Shown: piece after piece, positions 25,893 to 38,859 of the stretch
Layout: each line of letters begins with the position of its first letter
Numbering within the stretch: the first letter of the stretch is position 1
The notes under the pieces: model-generated
Told to the model about the DNA's origin: nothing
Database searches by the model: none
What the model saw: the letters and a program-made list of their open reading frames with translations, nothing else
From: Chiloscyllium plagiosum
Taxonomy: Eukaryota
Assembly (NCBI RefSeq): GCF_004010195.1
Contig: NC_057718.1
Span: forward strand, 14,239,742-14,303,741
DNA: 64,000 bases
Direction of reading: 5' to 3'
Position numbers and translations under genes: made by a program

Positions 25893-26109
25893 TAGAGTCA
25901 TAGAGACGTACTCCATGGAAACAAGCCCTTCAGTCCAACTCATCCATGTCGACCAGATATCATAACCTAATCTAGTCCCATTTGCCAGCACTTGGCCCAT
26001 ATCTCTCTACGCAGAGGATGGTGTGTGTATGGAATGATCTGCCAGCGGAAGTGGAGGAGGCTGGTACAATTACAACATTTAAAAGGCATCTGGATGGGTA
26101 TGTGAATAG
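25893..26109 (-). mobile_element. Short CR1/HER1 3'-end insertion with an inverted 5' segment
   Basis: 25893-26008 is the minus-strand 3' end; 26009-26109 is the immediately upstream CR1 segment in the opposite orientation (compare 26979-27460). Confidence 0.85.
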
Positions 26110-26505
26110 TTGTTTTAAGCAGGTATGATGTGGAAATTCCAGGAGGGATGCAGTTGGTCAAACTCTAATGAAAGGATGGTTGAAAGGTAGATTGTACTGA
26201 GATGAAAAATTGGAACCTCCTATTTCTTGAAACGGTGTCAAAGTCTCTGCTTTGGGTTTTGTTTTAGTGGAATGCTGTGCTTCCTGGTGAACAATACTTG
26301 TGATCTTGTACCTATTCCCTTGCACCACCTTCTCAAGGGCAACTAGGGATGGGCAATAAATGCTGGCCCAGCCAGCGATGAGTGAATAAAAAAACATGCA
26401 AATGTGTTTTATTTTTGTTTGGAGCATTGGGTTAGGGGATTTCAATGAGGTTTTGGATTTTTCCCAGGAAAGTTGGCTTTAAGCCATGCTACCCTGTCTT
26501 TGCAG

Positions 26506-26672
26506 ATATCACAGCTGATGTCCGAGAATTGCCGGGAAGGTTTGACTGAGGCGGTTCTGAACCGTTACAACTCCGACAAGCCATCGGTGTACAGCTTCCC
26601 GAGCTCCCAGGGTACCTACGTGTCAAGTGTGGCCTCAAGTGGGACCTCAGCTGCAGCCTCATTCTTTGCAAG
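26506..26672 (+). CDS. kif26b: Internal coding exon of kinesin-like protein KIF26B (N-terminal region before the motor domain), phase 0 to phase 2
   Basis: Acceptor ccctgtctttgcag (ends 26505) and donor AG|gtaagg (26673). The 167-bp frame encodes [56 protein letters not shown], matching my recollection of KIF26B ([18 protein letters not shown]...SVAASFFAR|AAQKLNL). CpGs are retained and it is not repeat-derived. The paralogue KIF26A is not formally excluded. Confidence 0.9.
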
Positions 26673-26978
26673 GTAAGGATGTGCCCCCTTAATGTAAGAG
26701 TGGCAGTGTTTACGTAAGAAAGGCAGAAAGTGCTGGAGAAACTCAGCAGGCCTGGCTGAACCTGTGGAGAGAGAAACGGTTAACGTTGTCAGAATTGGAA
26801 TCAGCTCATGGAAGTTGCCTGTAATGTGTGCTGAGGTATACAGACAAAAACAGACGTGAGGGTCATTCACCTCTGCATCATCTTTGACTCTCTCACTCGT
26901 CCTCGGATTTTACGTTGAGTCACTGCCTTGAGGAAAGATGCAGCTATTTTATTCAGAAATTCAGCCGTGTAATTTTAT

Positions 26979-27460
26979 TAGAGTCATAGAGTCATAGAGA
27001 TGTACAGCACGGAAACAGACCCTACAGTCCAACCCATCCACGCTGACCAGATATCCCAACCCAACCTAGTCCCACCTTCCAGCACCTGGCCCATATCCCT
27101 CCAAACCCTTCCTATTCATGTACCCATCCAGATGCCTTTTAAATGTTGCAATTGTACCAGCCTCCACCACTTCGTTTGGCAGCTCATTCCATACACGTAC
27201 CACCCTCTGTGTGAAAAAGTTGCCCCTTAAGTCTCTTTTATATCTTTCCCCTCTCACCCTAAACCTATGCCCTCTAGTTCTGGACTCCCCCACCCCAGGG
27301 AAAAGACTTTGTCTATTTATCCTATCTATGCCCCTCATGATTTTATAAACCTCTGTAAGGTCACCCCTCAGCCTCCAATGCTCCAGAGAAAACAGCCCTA
27401 GCCTATTCAGCCTCTCCCTATAGCTCAAATCCTCCAACCCTGGCAACATCCTTGTAAATC
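26979..27460 (-). mobile_element. Young CR1/HER1 LINE 3' end (about 480 bp)
   Basis: Uninterrupted ORF2 C-terminus RFTRMLPGLEDLSYRERLNRLGLFSLE...FFTQRVVRVWNELP...FKRHLD; tail (tagagtca)n. Confidence 0.95.
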
Positions 27461-28335
27461 TTTTGTTTTCAATTCTGCTAAACCTGTGTTTGCCAAGAGC
27501 CCGGGGCAATTTGTATGAAGATGGTGGTTGAACAGTGACATTGTTACAATGACAGAGATTAAAAACAAGAAAGAAATCCTAAAAGCAGAATATAGGAGGT
27601 TAAGAAGCCAGGTGAAAAGTAGGACCACAATGGTCGTGATTCCATGCTTGTCAAAGTAGAAATAGCAGGATATATCAGATAAACACACAGTTAAAGAGGT
27701 GTGAGGGGTTGGGTTTTAGATTCCGGGGAGCAGCACAACTGGATGGGTCTGATGCTTAGTGGGAGTATTTGCTAGAGTGGTTGGGAGAGGTTTAAACTAA
27801 ATGGGCAGAGCGATGGGAACCTATCCAAGGAGTCAGAGGAAGAAATATCAAGGAAAAGAACAAAACACAGAAATGGGAATGAGAAGTGATAAGCAGAGGG
27901 CTAAAGGGTCAGAATCAAACAAGGAGTACTAAAAGGTCAAGCCTTAAAGCTTTATTTCTGAAGGCATTGAGCATTTGAAACAAAGGGGATGAATTAATCA
28001 TGCGTATAGATGTAAATAGGGACGATATAATTGGGATTACAGAGGCATGGCTGCAGGGTGACCAGGGACAGGACTGGCAGGGCAGACAAAAAGGAAGAGG
28101 CAATAGAATTGCATTACTGGTTAAAAGAGGATATAAACACAATATTGAGGAAAGGTATTAGCTCAGGCAATGTGGAATCTATGTGGGTAGAACTGAAAAA
28201 TACTAAGGGCAAAAAAACACGTGTGGGCGGTATATAGACCCACCAAACTGTAGTGATGATGTTGGGAATGACATTTAATCAGAGATGCATGCGATAAAGG
28301 AAAATCTGTAATTATGGGTGACTTTAAACTGCATA

Positions 28336-28664
28336 TAGAATCCCTACTGTACGGAACAGGCCCTTCAGCCCAACAAGTCCATGCCGATACTCCAAAGAGT
28401 AACCCACCCAGACTCATTCCCCTTGCCTTAACTTTACCCCTGATTAATACACCTTACCCACATCTCCCTGAACACCAAGGGCAATTTAGCATGGCCAATT
28501 CACCTAACCTGCACATCTTTGGACTGTAGAAGGAAACTAGAGCACCCATAGGAAACCCATGCAGACACGGGGGGTATGTGCAAACTCCACACAGATAGTC
28601 GCCTGAGGCTGGAATCGAATGCGGGTCCCTGGCACTGTGAGGCACTGAACCACCGTGCCACCCC
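28336..28664 (-). mobile_element. HE1-type SINE nested in the CR1 endonuclease region
   Basis: Same domain structure as the other copies; interrupts CR1 right after MGDFKLHI. Confidence 0.88.
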
Positions 28665-29473
28665 AGTATAAATTGGGTGAATCAAATTAGTCACAATACT
28701 GTAGAGGAGGAATCCCTGGAGTATATGCAGGATGGTCTTCCAGACTACTATGTTGAGGAACCAACTAGAGAATGGGCCATCCCAGAGCGGGGTGTTGTGC
28801 AATGAGAAAGGAATAATTGTTAATGTAGTTTGTAAACCCCTTGAGGGTGAGCAACCTAATATGGTAGAATTCTTCATCAAGCTGGAGAGGGAGGTTGAAG
28901 TTCTGACACTAAGGTCCTGAATATTAATAAGGGAAACAATGATGGTTTGAGGTTGGAGTTGGCTGTGATGGATTGACAAAAGTTACTGAAAGGAATGACA
29001 GTGGATTGGTATTGGCAAACACTCAAAGAGCAAATGGGTGAGCTATAAAAATTGCTTATTTCTGTTTGGCACAAGAGTGCAAAGAGAACAATGGCCAAAC
29101 CATGGCTTATAGGAAAATTTAGATGCAAAAAAGAGGCATATAAATTGGCAAGAAGAGCCAGTAGACATGAGGATTGAGAACCGTTTGGAAGTTAACAAGA
29201 AGGACCAAGAGAAGGCGAAAACAGACTGTGAGTGTAAGCTTGCAAGGGATATAGGAACTAACTAAATGTTTCTATCGAAATGGAAAGGAAAGAAGATTGG
29301 GGAAAACTAATACAGGTCCCTTAAAGTCAGGAACAGGAATTTTTGATGGAGAACAAAGAAATGACTGACAAACTCTATTCATATTTGTATCCTGTCTGCT
29401 AAACGACTTTCTACCATCTCAATACACTGCCCCCAGTTCCATGTGCTTTACAAAGGAAGACACAAATAACACA

Positions 29474-29690
29474 CAGGTCATTCTGCTATAGCGTGCGTTT
29501 CTTTAACAAGAACTGGCTTTCACGCGATTGTTGAGTTTTGGACACTTTCTAAAGCACATAGTTTTAAAACGAGTGTTGGCTGTAACGTGATTACATTGTC
29601 AACACTTTAAGCGCTGTTTCAAAAGTGCGATTTTTCTAAAATGCGGGTTTGCACAAGAATGCAAGTATCACGTTATAGAAGAACTATCTG
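29474..29690. mobile_element. Tc1/mariner-Tigger-like MITE (related copies at 55743-55925 and 58633-58843)
   Basis: Imperfect TIRs caggtcattctgctatagcg / cgttatagaagaactatctg; flanks ca/ta (decayed TA TSD). Confidence 0.7.
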
Positions 29691-31022
29691 TACTAGAAAT
29701 GATGGGGAACACAGTGGGAGGGAGGAACTGAAGAAAATCTGTATCAGCAGAGAAATTGATGGGGATGAAGGCTGATAAATCCCTATGGCCTGATAATCTA
29801 CATCCCACAGTACTTAAGGAAGTGGCCCTAGAAACCGTGGATGCATTAGTGGTCATCTTCCAAGAGTCTTTAGACTCTGGAACAATTCCTACAGATTGGA
29901 AGGTAGTTAATGTAACCCCACTATTTAAAAAAGAGAGGAAGAGAGAAAACAGGGAATTATAGACCAGTGAGTTCTAGAATGGTAGTGGGGAAGATGCTAG
30001 AGTCCATTACCAAAGATTTTAAAGCAGCGCACTTCGAAAATAGTGGTAAATCAGACACAAACACACAGCATGGATTTACAAAAAGGAAATGATGCTTGAC
30101 AAATCTACTAGAATTCTTTGAAGGTGTAAAGATAATTAAGGGGATCTGTGGATGTGGTTTATTTGGACTTTCAGAAGGCTTTTGACAAAGTCCCACATAA
30201 GAGATTAATAAAATTAAAGCACATGGAACTGGGGGCCGTGTATTGGGATGGTAGAAAGTCGTTTAGCAGACAGGATACAAAGAGTAAGAATGAAGGGTCT
30301 TTTTCTGAATGGTAGGTAGTGACTAGTGGTGTACTGCAGGGATCAATACTATAACCCTGGCTATTCATAATATATGTTAATGATTTAGCTGAAGGAACTA
30401 AATGCAACATCTCAAAATGTTCAGATGACACAAGGCTGGGTGGAAGGTGAGCTGTAAGGAGGATGCAGAGATTTTTCACACAGAGGGTGGTTTGTATGTG
30501 AAATGAACTGCCAGAGGAAATAATTGATGCAGATACACTTACAACATTTAAAAGATGTTTGGACCGGTACATGAACAGGAAAGGTTTAGCGGGATATGGA
30601 CAATACATGAGCAGATGTTCGGGAAACCTGGTCAGCATGAATGAGTTGGGCCGAACAGTCTGCTTCCAATGTGTATAACTCTATGGCTGTCTGACTCCAT
30701 ATTGCAGTGTGATTTGGACAGGCTGGATGAGTGAGCAAACGTTTAACTTGAAGTTTAATGTGGATAATTGTGAAGTAATGGGTTTTGAAGAAGACGGTAG
30801 ATATAGCTGTTGTGGCTAAAGGGACGAAGGCTCAGAATTATCGTATTGAACTCGATGATCAGCCATCATGATAATAAATGGCAGAGCAGGCACAAGCAGT
30901 TGGATGGCCTGTTCCTCCGCCTCGTATCTTCTATATTTTTATATTTTTCAAAGCAACCAAACCATGTACTACACAGGAAATTTCTTTTAGTCTGTGACCC
31001 CTCCCAAGCAGCTTTGATTCTG

Positions 31023-31522
31023 NNNNNNNNNNNNNNNNNNNNNNNNNNNNNNNNNNNNNNNNNNNNNNNNNNNNNNNNNNNNNNNNNNNNNNNNNNNNNN
31101 NNNNNNNNNNNNNNNNNNNNNNNNNNNNNNNNNNNNNNNNNNNNNNNNNNNNNNNNNNNNNNNNNNNNNNNNNNNNNNNNNNNNNNNNNNNNNNNNNNNN
31201 NNNNNNNNNNNNNNNNNNNNNNNNNNNNNNNNNNNNNNNNNNNNNNNNNNNNNNNNNNNNNNNNNNNNNNNNNNNNNNNNNNNNNNNNNNNNNNNNNNNN
31301 NNNNNNNNNNNNNNNNNNNNNNNNNNNNNNNNNNNNNNNNNNNNNNNNNNNNNNNNNNNNNNNNNNNNNNNNNNNNNNNNNNNNNNNNNNNNNNNNNNNN
31401 NNNNNNNNNNNNNNNNNNNNNNNNNNNNNNNNNNNNNNNNNNNNNNNNNNNNNNNNNNNNNNNNNNNNNNNNNNNNNNNNNNNNNNNNNNNNNNNNNNNN
31501 NNNNNNNNNNNNNNNNNNNNNN
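31023..31522. other. Assembly gap (500 N)
   Basis: Run of N. Confidence 1.
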
Positions 31523-31529
31523 AGCCTAA

Positions 31530-34500
31530 AATATAGGAGCCAAATGTCGGTTGTTTTTCCCATTGAGTCTCCTGTGCTGTTTGATCATTTTTGATGTGGT
31601 GCTCAATTGTATTCTCCTGCCTTCTCCCTCTGACCCTTGATCTCTTTACTCATCAAGAACCTATCAAGTACTCCACAATCTCTGTCTTAAAGACACTCAG
31701 CCAGTTGGCCTTCTCCAACATTGATTACATTTCAATCAGCTCCCCCCTCATTGTTCTAAACTCCATGGAGTATTGGCCCGGAATTCTCAACTGCTCTTCA
31801 TATGACAAACCCTTCATCCCCAGGCTCATTGCTGTCAACCTCCTCTGGATCCCCGCCAAGGCCAGCATATCCAGGTTGATAGTGCATACGGTGTGTTACG
31901 TTTCATTGGTAGAGGGATTGAGTTCCAGAGCTATGATGTCATGCTGCAACTGTACAAAACGCTAGTGCGGCCTCACTTTTTGGAATATTGTGTATCGTTG
32001 TGGTCGCCCCATTACAGGAAGGATATGGAAGCATTGGAAAAGGTGCAGAGGAGATTTACCAGGATGTTGCCTCATCTGGAGGGAAGGTCTTATGAGGGAA
32101 GGCTGAGCGACTTGGTTCGTTCTCATTGGAGAGAAGGCTAAGGGGGGATTTAATAGAGACATACAAGATGATCAGAGGATTAGAAAGGGTGGACAGTGAG
32201 AGTCTTTTTCCTAGGATGATGACTTCGGCTTGTAAGAGGGGGCATAGCTGCCAATTGAGGGGTGATAGATTTAAGACAGATGTCAGAGGCAGGTTCTTTA
32301 CTCAGACAGTGGTAAGGGTGTGGAATGCCCTGCCTGCCAATGTAGTTGACTCAGCCACATTAGGGGCATTTAAACAATCCTTGGATAAGCACGTGGATGA
32401 TGATGGGATAGTGTAGGGGGATGGGCTTTGATTAGTTCACAGGTCGGCACAACATCGAGGGCTAAAGGGCCTGTTCTGCGCTGGATTGTTCTATGTTCTA
32501 TCCTTTCTTAGATACAGGCCCTAAAACTGCTCACAATATTCCAAGTGCAGCCTGACTAGGGCCTTCTACTCCCAAGTCCCTTTGTGTTTCAGATTTCTGA
32601 AGCCTTTCACATTTGGAAAATAGTCTACATCTCGATTCTTCTTATCAAAATATCCAACTGCACACTTCCTCACATATTAGTCTAACTGCCACTTCCTTGC
32701 CCAGTCTCCTAGCCCATCCAAGTTCTTCTGCACCCTTCCCACTTCCTCAAGATTCCTCCGCCATCTGCAAATTAGTAATAATTCCCACAGCTCCTTTATG
32801 CAGATCGTTAATGCATCATGTGTGAACAGTTGTGGTGCCAACACTAATCCCTGCAAATTCCACTCGTCACTGACTGCCATCCTGAAAAAGGCCTCTTTAT
32901 CCTCGCTCTCTGCTTTCTGCCAGTCAGCCAAACCTCTGTTCATGCCAGCACCTTGCCCCTAATTCCATGGGCTGTTGTCTTATTTAGTAGCCTCATATGT
33001 GCCACCTTGTCAAAGGCATTCTGGAAATCCAATGGCTGTCCTTTGTCTAACTCGCTACTTACTCCCTCAAAGAATTCTAACAGATTTGTCAGGCATGACT
33101 TCTCTTGATGAAACTGTGCTGACTCAGTCCTATTTTACCATGCATTTCCAAGTACTCCACAATCTCATCCTTAATTATAGACTCAAAATCTTACCAATGG
33201 TTGAGGTCAGGCTAACCAGCCTATAATTACCTATCTTCTCCCTCTCTCCTTTCTTAAATAGGGGGGTTACAAGAGCCATTTTCCAGTCCTCTGGGACCCT
33301 CCCTGACTCCAGTGATTCCTGAAAGATCACCACCAATGCCTCCACAATTTCCTCAGCTATCTCCTCCAGAACTCTGGGGTGTAATCCATCCAGTCCACCT
33401 TCAGACTCTTCAGCATCCCCAGCACCTTCTGCTAAGTGTTGAAGCTCTGGTGTGCAACGTGTGGTTTTCACAATAAAGATTGATGCAAAGTACCTGAACC
33501 CTTCCTCTGTTATTTCTTTGTCTCACGTTATTATTTCTCCAGCCTCATTTTCTAGCAGTCCAATGCCTCTCACTTATTTAATATGTTGAAAAACTCTTGC
33601 AATCTTCTTTTATGTTACTAACTAGCTTGACCACATATTTCATCTTCTTCTCTCTTATTACTTTTTTAGTTACCTTCTGCTGGTTTTTAAAGGCTTCCCA
33701 CTACTCTTCATCCAATTGTAAGCTTTTCCTTTTGCTTTTATGTTGCCTCTGACTTCCCCTGTCAGCCACGGTTGCCTTGTCCCCCCACCTCAGTAGGTTT
33801 CTTCTTCCTTGGGATGAATTTCTGTTGTGCCTCAAATTACCCTTGGGAGCTCCTGCTGTTGCTGCCCCACCATTTTCCCTGCTAGACTCCCCTTCCAATC
33901 AACTCTGAGCAGCTCCCCCCCACATGTCTTTGTGATTAGCTTTACTCTATTGTAATACCATTACATCTGATTCCAGCTCCTCCCTCTGAAACTGCGGGGT
34001 GAATTCTCCCGGATTATGGTCACTGCCCTCTAGGGGTTCCTTCACCTTAAGCTCGCTAATCAAGTCTGCCTCCTTACACATCAGAATCCTGAATTGCCCT
34101 CTCCTGCAAGCTGCTCCAAAAAAACATCTCAGAGACATTCCACAAATTCCTTTTCTGCTACCAACCTGACTTTTGCCAGTCCACCTGCATATTGAAATCC
34201 CCCATGATTATTGTAATAGTTAGCACTTTTCTTATTTTCTGCTTCACATCTTGATTGATACTAGGAGGTGTGTACATAACTCCTGTCAGGGTCTTTTCTC
34301 CTTTACAATTCCTCAACTCTACTCACATGCCTTTTGACCCTATATCACTGATTGCTATTGATTTAATTGCATTTCTTACTAACAAAGCAACACTGTCCCC
34401 TCTGCTCTCGACCCAGATTTTTGATGGGATGTGCATCCTTGTACATTTAGTTCCCTGAGCTGCTTGCCTCCATGTCTCTGTGATGACCACAACGTTGTAA

Positions 34501-34650
34501 AAATTTCAACCTGCACTGCAAGCTCCTTTACTTTGTTTTGTACCCTGCACACATTTAAGTACAAAGCCCTGAGTCCTGCATTCACCGTCCCTCTTCTCAA
34601 AGTTGTCCACTTACTTGCTGTGCCTGGAGTTAGATTCCTGACCCTCACCA
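31530..34650 (-). mobile_element. Long decayed CR1 LINE ORF2 (APE to 3' end), interrupted by a + strand CR1 at 31873-32498
   Basis: LRALYLNVCRVQNKVKEL (APE start), VKEPLEGSDHN, LDGLHPRVLEEIAEEIVEALVVIFQESL...NYRLVSLTS. Sequence rejoins across the nested element at a tatcc duplication. Confidence 0.9.
31873..32498 (+). mobile_element. Younger CR1 3' fragment
   Basis: LQLYKTLVRPH.LEYCVSLWSPHYRKD...RGDLIETYKMIRGLERVD; tail ttctatgttcta. Confidence 0.92.
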
Positions 34651-34814
34651 TATTCTCAGTCCGAGCACTGTCTGACCAGAATATTGAACAGCCTGTAAAC
34701 TCTGTCCATGAACAGCAGCTTACCTTGAACGAGAGCTGGAGGTAGGGAGCCAGAGACTGCCCTCTGCTGATTTATCAAGATCGAAAGAGCCAAATGTTGA
34801 TGTGCTCTACATAT

Positions 34815-35160
34815 ATTCCCCACTGTGGGAGATACAGCATGCCCTCCACTGTGAGGCAGTTTGTGTATCCCCACTGTGGGAAACGCTACACACTGTTGGA
34901 GGTACTATTTACCATCCATTGTGTACAACCCACTGTTAAAAGCATTGTACAGCCTCTAATGAGACTTGCTGTATACCCTTACTGTGAGTGATAGTGTATA
35001 CCCCCCCATTGTGGGATATGCTTTAGTCCCACTGAAGGAGATACTGCATAACCTTCACTGTGGAAGACACTGAATATTTTCCACTGTGGGAGATGTGGGA
35101 GATACTGCATAACCTACACTGTGGAAGACACTGAATATTTTCCACTGTGGGAGATGTGGT
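34815..35160. repeat. Degenerate ccactgtgg-type minisatellite ending in a 61-bp tandem duplication
   Basis: Recurrent cccactgtgggagata motif; 35037-35097 is repeated almost exactly at 35098-35158. Confidence 0.75.
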
Positions 35161-38100
35161 ATACTCTGCGTAACAGGGTATGTGCTCTGTATCTGCCACT
35201 CTGAGGACATCAGAAAGATACGAGTTGGGAGCTGCAATAATCATTCAGCCCCATGAGTCCGCTCTGCTATTCAGTTGGCTCAGTGCTGAGCTTTAACCCC
35301 AACACTACTTCCCCATACAATCCCAAAGCCTTTCAGATCTTCCACTGCTCAAAAATCTACCAAGCTCCTTCTTGAAGAAGCTTAATGACTGAGTGTTCTA
35401 TGTCTGAGGTAGAAGATTCCAAAAAGTCACAACATTCTGTATGAAGAAATTCATCCCCATTTCAGTCCTAATGGGCTGGTCCTTTATTCTGAGACAGTGG
35501 GCAGAATTCTGTTCACCCTACCTCTCCCTAATTGGCAAGTTTGGTTGCACTAAAGGGGTGTTTGAAGAGGTGTTTGGGGAAGGTGCCATCCTGATTATGT
35601 AAGTGTCAGGGAGATCCTACCGTCCCAGCCCATGCACTAATGGGAGCTGGCCGTGCAATACCCAGTCTCCTTGCGGCTGTCATGGGATGGGTATCTCATT
35701 CAGAGGAACCCAGTATGTGATCAAGGGCTTCAGGGAGGGGGCTGTGCTGAGAGCCATCCCTGTGATCTTTCTACCAATGCCCACTGTCTCCAACCCCATG
35801 TGCCCCACTCACCCAACATTCCCTGATGGACCTGTAATTCACCAATGAGCCTCGGATTTAGGAGAGCAAATTCCCAGGAACAGGCTCTGCTTCCCAGTCA
35901 AGCTGCCAGCCTTGGGGGGTGAGAGTGGGTGGTTGCCTGTTAACGGAGGCACATCAGAAAATGAGCTGGTGCCATGTTTAGTGGTCTCTGTAGCGAAGGA
36001 TTGGAAGTGTATTTATTCCTGCAGGAAACTAGTGCTTCAGGAATAAATTCGGGCAGGACGGAAGAGAGATGAGCCTATTATTGGGAGAAAAATGTGAAAT
36101 TAAACCCATAATAATGTAATTAGGATAACTATTGAAGGATATTCTCCTGAGCTTTCGTTGGTAGCTTGGTGAGTCAGCCCAGGTGCATGATATCAGAAAG
36201 TGATTTCTAAGTTATAAATATGGAATGCAGATCATTCTCAGTCAATGTTACATTATGTAGGTGAATGAACGTCCTGTTAGATCACCATCGCTCTTATAGA
36301 ACATCTTCAACATGGAGCCTTGCTGCATGCTGTTCAGGTGGTTTTACTGAAGGAGTGACTGGGACCTCATTCCCGATATGTTACTCGCCTGTTACTGTCC
36401 CAGTTGGGAAGAGGCAGTATTGTGGTATACCACCGGCCTAGTAATCTCAGGGACCCAGATTATCACGCTGGTGATATGAGTTCAAATCTTATCACTGCAT
36501 CTGTGTGCAATTAACACATCTGGAATTGAAAGCTATTCTCACTGGGAGGAGCAGGGGCTCATCTGTTCTGACCACCAGATCACTGGTCTGGCCTGCATGT
36601 GACTCCACATTGACTCTTAAGTTCCCTCAGAAATGGCTGAGCAAGGGTGGTTAAGGACGGGCAATAATTGCTGGCCTTGCCCATATCCCATGAAGGTGAT
36701 AACTCTTGCAGTTAGGTGTTCTCATGCTCTTAACCTTGTTCAATTAAACTCAGAGGATGTATATGCAGAAGCAGGAAGCAGGATCAGAGATGGAGTCAAT
36801 CCGATTGGAATTTCAGCACCTCCTACAGTGCATTTAACTCTGGCAGGGCGAAAACAGGACTTACTGCACCCATGGAGCAAGTGAGGACTGCAGATGCTGG
36901 AGATCAACGAGGTGTTGGAAAAGCACAGCAGGTCAGGCAGCCTCTGCGGAGCAGTAGAATCTCATGTATCCATGCCTGTCATCACCACCAACTTCCTGAG
37001 GGCAACTAGGGACGGGCAATAAAATGCTAGCGACACCTACATTGCACGAATGAATTAATAAAATGCACTTATGAGATGTTTTGACAAGATTTTGTCCATG
37101 GTAAAGGTTCTGTATAAATACAGGGTGTTTTTTGTGGAGGGATCCCTGATTCTGCCTCAGAGGTCAACTTGTTCTTCCTTCAGGAGCAAACAATTGAAGA
37201 TGTGGTAGGTTTTTGTTGGCCAGATCTTCTTTGTTCTGGCTTGGCCCTTCACCCAACCCATGCCCAAGCTTTAGGCTCTGTCGAGGTGAGAGGGTACTGT
37301 TTGCCTATATCTTTGGCATTCGCTGCACCTGTACTGACAGATGTACCTCTTTGAAAATCTTAGTTGAGCTTGACTTTGTTTGTCTTCGTGTAAGACATAG
37401 TTTGTTCAATCAGCCTGGAGGTTCCAGGGTTGACTCCCACTCAGAATTAAAGTGCAAAATGTAGGCTAATATTCCCCGTGTTGGAGGTGAGGTCTCCAGA
37501 TTGGATTTTACTCCAAGGAGCTGGTCTGGCTCCTCAGATGGAAGTTGAAGATCTTGTGGCACTATTTGAAGATGAGCAGGGAAATTCTCCACAGTGTCAA
37601 CCCGTTAAGCAACATCACAAAAGCGCATTGTCCAGTTGTGATCTCACCGTTGTTTGTGGGAACTTGCTGTGTGCAGATTGGCGCCTGTATTTCCTGCATC
37701 ACAACTGCTCATTGGATGCAGCAGTGCTTTGAGAGTTCTGGTGATCATGAATGGTGCTATATGAATGTAAGTTCTGCTTTTCCCAAAATTGCACTGAGAC
37801 AATGGGCAGAAAAGCCATGGAAATCTGCAGTGGAAGCTATTTGAACCCACACAATGAGATGGCTGGATTTGATACAGCGCTCTTATCTGCAAACCCATTA
37901 CCAGCTGTGGTAAATGCTGACAGACAGTCGCAAAGGTTTAAAATGTTGACCTGGCTGGATATCTATCTCACAGGTGGTCGACTGGCCCATCATAGTAGTC
38001 ACTGCTTTTTCCACTTAAAACATAATGTTTCAAACACAACAGGAATGACAAAGCTTGTTAAAGATTGAAATGGCATTCCGGAGTGAAAAGGTAATTTTGA

Positions 38101-38859
38101 TAAAGGCACCTCATTTACAATGAAACCAAAGTCATTCAAAAAAAGAAGGTTCTAATTTGCAGTAGTGTCTGTGAAGTCAAAGCGAATGTTTGATTGTTGT
38201 GATAAGAGCATTAGCTCTTTGATACTTCCACGATTAGAATCACGCTGTGAGCTATTATTAACAAAACATTAACCTGAGGTTTCCACATTCTATTATAACA
38301 GAGGCGCCAACATGTTCCTATGAAATTTCCATGTCCTTCGTATGAATGAAAATGTTAATATATTCATAAGAATTTTCCCCTTTCCCATTATAATTCAGGT
38401 GTGTGTGTGCCTTCAGACGATGTTACCCTACCCTGAATTGTAATGGCAGAGTTAACGTGGCCATGCAAAATTCTTTCATCTGCTACTTTAATGTTTGCTC
38501 TTATTTAACGGAATCAATGAATTTTTCTCTGGCTTTTTAATGGAGCCAGTAACCTATTCAACACTTAACATTTCCATTAAAATAACAAAGGAGAGTCACA
38601 GTCTCATACAGGCACGTAAATGTGCTCGTAAATGAATAATGTGCCATCATTTTATCTCATTAGTACCCTTGGACTGTTCTCATGATGTTTCTGTATCAGG
38701 GTTTTATCACTTGTGTAACTTTGAAGGGTCTCTGTGGGTAAATATGTTCTACAAATACTAACTTCTGTCTGTCTGAGTGAAGATTAAGCTCTCTCTTACT
38801 GGCTCTGTCCTCATCCTCTGATTATCGTTGCACATATAGACAGACCCAGCAGAGGTTGG

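Larger units (their letters stand above)
27520..30790 (+). mobile_element. Long decayed CR1 LINE: ORF1 esterase-like remnant, ORF2 APE endonuclease and RT, with several nested insertions
   Basis: ORF1 end (...FARVVGRGLN*), APE motifs (IIGITEAWLQ, VESMWVELKN, IMGDF), RT motifs (PDNLHPTVLKEVA...DWKVVNVTPLFKK, YLDFQKAFDKVPH, SGVLQGS). Many stops. A younger CR1 3' end is nested at about 30468-30690. Confidence 0.9.

Noticed and set aside
26473..26676. 67-aa ORF as a standalone gene
   Set aside because: The first 11 codons are intronic acceptor sequence and the stop lies in the donor (gtaa); it is an internal exon.
27520..34650. Possibly active or domesticated reverse transcriptase
   Set aside because: Both long CR1 copies have many stops, frameshifts, deletions and nested insertions.
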